Of a stretch of DNA of 64,000 nt, positions 58,519-64,000 are shown one piece after another. The stretch's first letter is position 1. Every line of letters starts with the position of its first letter. A program made the translations under genes and the position numbers. Source of the stretch: Acidimicrobiia bacterium (GTDB lineage Bacteria; Actinomycetota; Acidimicrobiia; Spongiisociales; ZC4RG35); contig CBDBCY010000004.1 of NCBI GenBank assembly GCA_965203555.1, positions 1,248,001 through 1,312,000 on the forward strand, given 5' to 3'. The notes beneath the pieces are model-generated. The model saw only the letters and a program-made list of their open reading frames with translations. It was not told where the DNA came from and made no database searches.

Positions 58519-59363
58519 ATGACCACCGTCCGAACCGCACTGATCCAGATGACCACCGTCTATGACAAAGAGGCCAACACCGCCAAGGGAGAGCGACTGG
58601 TGCGCCAGGCCGCCGACCGGGGAGCGCAGATCGTCTGTTTGCAGGAACTGTTCAACACCATCTATTTCCCCTTCGAGATGGATCCCCGCCACCTCGAGCT
58701 GGCCGAGCCCATCCCCGTCCCACCACCGAACGGATGCAGGAGGTCGCCCGCCAGACCGGGGTGGTGCTGGTCGCCCCCATCTACGAAAAAACCATCGAAG
58801 GGATGCTGTTCAACACCGCCCCGGTGATAGGCACCGACGGGGAATTGCTGGGCATCTACCGCAAGAGCCACATTCCACTGGTGAGCACTCCCACCCTGAC
58901 CGGGATCGAGAAGTACTACTTCGCACCCGGCGACACCGGGTTCGTCACCTTCGACACTCCCTTCGGCATCAAGTTCTGCGTCTACATCTGCTACGACCGC
59001 CACTTCCCCGAAGGCGTGAGGGCATTCGCCCTGCAGGGCGCCCAGTTGATGGTGGTCCCCACCGCCACCACCGGGATGAGCCGCTACCTGTGGGAGTTGG
59101 AACTGCGCGCCCACGCGGTGGACAACATAATGTACGTGGGCGGCGTCAACCGCGTCGGTGTCGACCAGGGCGGATCGGACTCGCACTTCTACGGATCATC
59201 GGTGTGGGTCGACCCGAAGGGACAGATCATCAGCCAGGCCGGCGACCAGGACGACGAGGTGCTCATCGCCGACCTCGACTTTTCCGTGGTCCCACAGATC
59301 CGCAACGAGTGGGGATTCTTCCGTGACCGCCGCCCCGACCTGTACGGAGCGGTCGCCACCTGA
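58519..59363 (+). pseudogene. Nitrilase-superfamily C-N hydrolase (beta-ureidopropionase/N-carbamoylase-like) with a single-base frameshift near 58717
   Basis: Frame 1 gives MTTVRTALIQ...CLQELF...LAEPIP; frame 2 gives PTTERMQ...YRKSHIP...ICYDRHFPE...FFRDRRPDLY. Restoring one G gives EPIPGPTT. May be a sequencing error. Confidence 0.8.
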
Positions 59364-59507
59364 GCCAGTGTCTGGAGGCGGATACGCAGTTGGATGAGGC
59401 TGCGACCAAGCCCTTCCTGGCTTCACTCCCACGGCAAGGCAGTGGCCTCTTTTCAATCGGTCCGTCCACGGAGTTGTGAAGAAAACCACCACGCGGGGAT
59501 TGACTCT

Positions 59508-59529
59508 TGTCACACCCGTGGTTCACGTT
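59508..59529 (+). promoter_or_regulatory. Orphan PafBC-type promoter candidate TGTCAC-ACCCGTGGTT-CACGTT
   Basis: TGTCACACCC core with N10 spacing; no convincing ORF downstream. Confidence 0.4.
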
Positions 59530-59747
59530 GATAGGAGCCAAACACCGAGAAGGCCCGTTCCGGCGTCGTTCGGGCCGCATCAAGGGATCAGAAGACGGGT
59601 TTTATCAGCACGTTCCGGCTTGGGCGACGCTATGGCCGATGGAAAGGTGGCGGCGGGGGTGGGTTCCCTATAGGGAGGTATTTTTGGCGGGTTTTTCGCG
59701 ACACGGGGGACTACTCACAAAGGGTGGGAATCCGGCGGGGACGGTTG

Positions 59748-60794
59748 TCACCTTGGAATCCCGGGCGTCAGTGAGTCAGATCCCGGAGCGAATGCCTCAA
59801 TCATCTCAGAGTAGTTGTCGGTGATAGGCAGTGGCACCGGATACACGTTGGGGCGGGTGACGTAGGCGGCCAGTCCCTGTCGGCAGGCGGCCAGGTCTCC
59901 CCACACGCACAGAGCGCTCACCACCTCGGTCGGCACCAGCGGCATGGCCGCCTCTATCCCGCCTTCCCGGGGAGGCCAGCCGCCCATCTCGGCCCGGACC
60001 CGGTCCAACAGTTCCTGGGGCACCCCGCTGGCCAGGGCGATGTGGGGCTGTTGTCCCAGGTACATGGTGGTCATGCGCCGGGCTATCTCCAGCGCCCGCT
60101 CCGGGTGGCGGTCGTCGGCGCTCACCACTATCACCTGCGGCAAATCCAGGTCGTCGAGGGTCCTGTCCGCCCGGGCGGCGCCGGCGGCCATCCGCTCGAA
60201 AGCCTGGGCCTGGTAGGCAAGGGAGGTGAATCCGTTGAGCAGCACCCCGTCGGCGATCTCCCCCGAAAGGGCCAGCATCTTGGGCCCGGTGGCCCCGATG
60301 TAGATGGGCACCTCCTTGGGAGTTTGGGAAGCCCCCTCCCCCAGTTCCAACCGCAGATCCCGCACCTGCACCAGGTCGCCCTCGTAGGTCACGGTCTCGA
60401 GGGCGAGGAGCCTCCGACACACCTCCACGTACTCCCGCATCTGCCTGAGAGGGCGGCTGCGGATCACCCCCTGCTTCCAGGCCAGCGGATCCCAGTAGGC
60501 GCCCAGGCCCAGGAGCATCCGGGCGGGCGCCAATTCGTCCAGGGTGGCAAAGGTGAGAGCCATCAGGGCGGCCGGCCTGGTCCAGGTGTTCACCACTCCG
60601 GCCCCGATCTTGATCCGCTCTGTCTGGTGGGCCACGGCCCCCATCACCGAGATGGCGTCGCGGGCGGTGCGGGTCTCGCAAATCCACACCGACTCGTATC
60701 CCAGTGCCTCCGCTTGCCGGGATAGAGCCACCTGGCTGCGGGCGTCGGGACGATCCAGGAAGCAAATCCCCACCCTGCTCAGGGAAGCGTTCAA
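59748..60794 (-). CDS. LLM-class (luciferase-like, Mer/F420-type) oxidoreductase
   Basis: AEALGYESVWICE, TERIKIGAGVVN, ATLDELA, LGLG, PIYIGATGPKML.LSGEIADG; TTG 60794 with AGAGGAG RBS. Confidence 0.88.
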   Translation of the reverse strand: MNASLSRVGICFLDRPDARSQVALSRQAEALGYESVWICETRTARDAISVMGAVAHQTERIKIGAGVVNTWTRPAALMALTFATLDELAPARMLLGLGAYWDPLAWKQGVIRSRPLRQMREYVEVCRRLLALETVTYEGDLVQVRDLRLELGEGASQTPKEVPIYIGATGPKMLALSGEIADGVLLNGFTSLAYQAQAFERMAAGAARADRTLDDLDLPQVIVVSADDRHPERALEIARRMTTMYLGQQPHIALASGVPQELLDRVRAEMGGWPPREGGIEAAMPLVPTEVVSALCVWGDLAACRQGLAAYVTRPNVYPVPLPITDNYSEMIEAFAPGSDSLTPGIPR

Positions 60795-61068
60795 TACAGA
60801 CTCCTCTATCCAATTGTCGGTCACCCCAGCTATGGTAGAAGCACTCCCGGTCCCAACTTGCAGAGTCTTCACTCCTCCAATCCAACCGGGAGGTGCTCCG
60901 GCATGAGAACGGTCCGGCAACTCCTACTCCGTAGTTCGAGTCCCTCATTTCGATTCGAGAAATTCGCGTCCTACCCACCCCGACACCCGCCTCAGGACTT
61001 AGACTCCGAGCCAAGTTAAATCGCGTTCGTTCGCATGACCGTTCGTTTTTCCATGAGAAGGAGAGAGC

Positions 61069-62289
61069 ATGCTCAGGATCCGCAACAGGGGTCCGCTGGT
61101 ACTCCTCGTCGCCCTCGCACTCGTGTTCACCGCATGTGCCGACGACACCACAGAGGAAACAACCCCCGCAACAACTGCGGCCCCAACCACCACCCAGGCA
61201 CCGGCCACAACCGAAGCGCCCACCACAACCGAGGCCCCGACCACCACTGCAGCCCCGACCACCACGACCGAAGCCATGATGGACATGACGCCCGAGACCC
61301 CGGACATCAGGGTGATGCCGGCCACACTCGCGCAATTCCTGCCCCTCTACGTGGCCCAGGAGAAGGGCTTCTTCGCCGAATACGGGCTGGAGCCGGAGAT
61401 TCTCGCGTTCGAGGGCGGCGCCGGTCGCGCCACCGAGGCGGCCCTGTCCGGCGAGGCGCACATGGGCTACACGAGCTGGCCGCTGGCATTCTCACTCGCA
61501 GAGCGGGGCCAGCAACTCAAGTTCATCACCACGCATGCCTACTACGCGGTGGTGGATGGCGTTGACTACAGCACGCATCGGCTGATCGTCACCGAGGACT
61601 CCCCGATCCAGACCGTCGCGGATCTCGAAGGCGCCCGCATCGGCGTGATCGCCCGAGGGTCGAACGAAGAGGCATTCCTCACCTCGATCCTGCTTCAGGT
61701 GGGCGTCGACCCGGACAGCGTCGAACTCATCGAAGCATTCTGGGGCGCGCACCCCGATCTCCTCACGTCGGGCGAGATCGACGTCGGTTACATGATCTAT
61801 CCGTTCATCACCGGCATCATCCCCTACGGCCAGACCGAGGGGAACGGCTTCCGTTCGATCGGCGACCCCTACATCGGCGGCGGCGACGGCATCCCCGAGA
61901 TGCTGGGACCCCGCGGCGCCGGTATGTTCCCGATGGCCGCCTCTCCCGAGTTCGTGGCGGACAACCCCAACACCATCAGGGCCTGGGCGCTTGCCATCCG
62001 CGACGCCTCCCAGTGGATCGTCGATAACCCGGCCGAGGCCCTGGAGATCTCCGAGGCCATCTCGGGCGTCCCGGCGGATGCTCAGAAGAACAATCCGCCG
62101 CACATGTACGTGACCTGGCCGGAAAACATCGTCGAACAGATGCAGCGTGTTGCGGACATGATGGTCGAGGCGGACCTGCTCGGGGAAGGGCTGGATGTCG
62201 GAGCCTTCATCTCGGACCTCCCCTTCAGCGAAGAGGAGATGATCGAGAACGGCCGCTACTTCCCCTGGGATCCGAGCCAACTGCCCTAG
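61069..62289 (+). CDS. ABC substrate-binding lipoprotein (SsuA/TauA/NMT1 type)
   Basis: Lipobox VFTAC, TTTEAP linker, LYVAQEKGFF..YGL, DSPIQTVADLEG. Confidence 0.9.
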   Translation: MLRIRNRGPLVLLVALALVFTACADDTTEETTPATTAAPTTTQAPATTEAPTTTEAPTTTAAPTTTTEAMMDMTPETPDIRVMPATLAQFLPLYVAQEKGFFAEYGLEPEILAFEGGAGRATEAALSGEAHMGYTSWPLAFSLAERGQQLKFITTHAYYAVVDGVDYSTHRLIVTEDSPIQTVADLEGARIGVIARGSNEEAFLTSILLQVGVDPDSVELIEAFWGAHPDLLTSGEIDVGYMIYPFITGIIPYGQTEGNGFRSIGDPYIGGGDGIPEMLGPRGAGMFPMAASPEFVADNPNTIRAWALAIRDASQWIVDNPAEALEISEAISGVPADAQKNNPPHMYVTWPENIVEQMQRVADMMVEADLLGEGLDVGAFISDLPFSEEEMIENGRYFPWDPSQLP

Positions 62290-62310
62290 CCAACCCAAAC
62301 AGGAAATAGC

Positions 62311-63069
62311 GTGACAGGAGCCCTGCGGTTCCCTGGACTCACCGCCGTCGCCGTCATCCTCGCAGCATGGGTGACGGCGACGGCCACCGGGTTCGTCAAT
62401 TCCGAGTTCATCCCTCCGCCCGGCGAGGTCCTGGCGGCGGGGATCGAGGACTGGGCGAACCTGGGGTCCGCCACGATCGAGAGCATGTGGACCGCGCTGG
62501 TCGGCTACGCGGTCGGATTCGGAGCGGCCGTCGTGGTCGGCATGGCGGTGGGTAGATACGCTTCCGTCGACTCTTGGGTGAGCGGGCCGCTCGACTTCTT
62601 CCGCGCCATCCCGGCGGTGGCCATAGTCCCGATGGCGCTCCTGATCCTCGCCGACTCGTTCCTGGTGGGCGCCTTCGCCGTGGCGTGGGGATGCTTCTTC
62701 CTGGCCGTCATCAACGTGATCTCGGGCGTCAAACACATCCCGAACACGTTGCAGGACGCGGCCCGAAGCTTCGGCGCCGGCGAGGTGAAGGTGCTTCGCA
62801 AGGTCGGGATACCGAGCCTCCTCCCCTACTTTCTCTCCAGCCTTCGACAGAACGTGTCGGTGGCGCTGATCGTCATCGTCGTCGCCGACATGGTCATCGG
62901 GCTGTCCGGGCTGGGGTTCTACATCCTCCGTACCCAGAGCAATGCCCTGTTCGGACGTATGTATGCCTCCATCACCCTGATCGCCGTCATCGGATACGTC
63001 GCATTCCGCCTGCTCGAGGAGGCCCAGCGGAGACTGTTCCCATGGTGGTCGGAGACATCTCTGGCATGA
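62311..63069 (+). CDS. ABC permease (SsuC/TauC type)
   Basis: FIPPPGEV, RAIP, DAARSFGA EAA loop, GLGFYI. Confidence 0.9.
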   Translation: MTGALRFPGLTAVAVILAAWVTATATGFVNSEFIPPPGEVLAAGIEDWANLGSATIESMWTALVGYAVGFGAAVVVGMAVGRYASVDSWVSGPLDFFRAIPAVAIVPMALLILADSFLVGAFAVAWGCFFLAVINVISGVKHIPNTLQDAARSFGAGEVKVLRKVGIPSLLPYFLSSLRQNVSVALIVIVVADMVIGLSGLGFYILRTQSNALFGRMYASITLIAVIGYVAFRLLEEAQRRLFPWWSETSLA

Positions 63070-63863
63070 CCGGGCGCCACACCTCCTCCAGTCCGGCCAT
63101 CCACCTGAGGGGCGTCACCAAGACCTACGCTCGGCGCGGTCACGACGAGGACCTGAGAATCATCGACAGCCTGGATCTGTCGTTCCGGCCGGGCGAACTG
63201 GTGACGATCGTCGGGCCTTCCGGGTGCGGTAAGTCGACCATCCTGAAGATGATCGACGGATTGACCCCGTTGACCAGTGGGTCGATCAGCTTCGAACCCG
63301 GCTCCCCGAAGCCGCGCATGGGCTTCGTCTTCCAGGACTACGCCAACGCGCTGGCGCCATGGAGGACCGTCCAGAAGAACGTCGAGTTCGGTCTGGAGAT
63401 CGAGGGCGTCGCCTCTCGGACCGAGCGAGCCGAGGCGGCCGCCCGCTACATAAAGATGGTCGGTCTGGAGGGGTTCGAGAACGCCTATCCACGGGAACTG
63501 TCGGGCGGCATGCAGCAGCGGGTCCAGTTGGCCCGGGTGCTGGCGTACGAACCCGACGTTCTGTTGATGGACGAACCGTTCGGATCGCTCGACGCACAGA
63601 TCCGCCGGGTTATGCAGGAAGAACTCCGCAACATCCTCGAGACTCTCGACCGAACGGTGCTGTTCGTCACCCACGACATCGAGGAGTCGCTCTACCTCGG
63701 CGACCGCACCGTGGTCCTCGACCACCGCCCGGCCCGGGTGCTCACCGACTTCGAACAGGGCGATCGTACTTCGAGTTACGAAGACTTCGTCGCCTCCGAG
63801 GGGTTCCGGGCACGGTACAACGAGGTGTGGAGCCTTCTGAAGGGCGGTGGCGAACGCGGATGA
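63066..63863 (+). CDS. ABC ATPase (SsuB/TauB type)
   Basis: GPSGCGKST, FVFQDY, YPRELSGGMQQRV, MDEPFGSLD, FVTHD; ATG 63066. Confidence 0.93.
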   Translation: MTGRHTSSSPAIHLRGVTKTYARRGHDEDLRIIDSLDLSFRPGELVTIVGPSGCGKSTILKMIDGLTPLTSGSISFEPGSPKPRMGFVFQDYANALAPWRTVQKNVEFGLEIEGVASRTERAEAAARYIKMVGLEGFENAYPRELSGGMQQRVQLARVLAYEPDVLLMDEPFGSLDAQIRRVMQEELRNILETLDRTVLFVTHDIEESLYLGDRTVVLDHRPARVLTDFEQGDRTSSYEDFVASEGFRARYNEVWSLLKGGGERG

Positions 63864-64000
63864 CCTCGTCGGTGTGGATTCGCGGGCTGAAGACCATGGT
63901 CGTTCTCGCCGCCATCTTCGGCGCATGGGAGTACGTGAGCCGCGCCGAGATGGTCAACCAATTCCTCTTCCCACCGCCCACCCAGGTGTTCGCCGACACC
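63860..64000 (+). CDS. Second ABC permease, 5' part only (runs off the window)
   Basis: ATGA overlap with the ATPase stop; MTSSVW...GAWEYVSR...FLFPPPTQV. Confidence 0.8.
   Translation, partial: MTSSVWIRGLKTMVVLAAIFGAWEYVSRAEMVNQFLFPPPTQVFADT

Noticed and set aside
61160-61275. CRISPR-like or non-coding repeat array (also 24860-24916)
   Set aside because: These are 18-bp-period coding repeats for Thr/Ala/Pro lipoprotein linkers, with no spacers and no cas genes.

Overview
GC-rich bacterial chromosome segment, most likely from an actinobacterium of the Acidimicrobiia type. This is an inference from the DUF222-HNH gene, the Thr/Ala/Pro-linker lipoproteins and the CxxC-less Mrp. The backbone is metabolic: partial nuoE, mrp, an Fe-S-type regulator with acnA, a CoA-transferase/CitE/acyl-CoA dehydrogenase-like group, aceA with LysR, two ABC importers, two xanthine-dehydrogenase-family molybdo-hydroxylase clusters, two dihydropyrimidinase paralogs, three closely related SDRs, a frameshifted C-N hydrolase, an LLM oxidoreductase and an RND/MFP pair. 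DNA-acting genes are scattered through it: two orphan beta-class DNA methyltransferases, a DUF222-HNH gene inside short terminal inverted repeats (plus a truncated copy), an operon of SNF2 helicase, Hsp70-like ATPase and Zn-finger-like protein, and a 1775-aa exonuclease-RecQ-UvrD fusion. The main observation is that all of these DNA-acting units, and a candidate ~65-nt two-hairpin sRNA, share one promoter architecture: TGTCAC(ACC)-N10/11-(T/C)AnnnT, often leaderless. This matches the spacing of the mycobacterial PafBC/RecA-independent DNA-damage promoter (TGTCGG-N10-TAnnnT) and suggests a damage-inducible regulon that includes DNA methyltransferases. No rRNA, tRNA or CRISPR array was found. 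All calls come from reading motifs by eye; no database searches were run.
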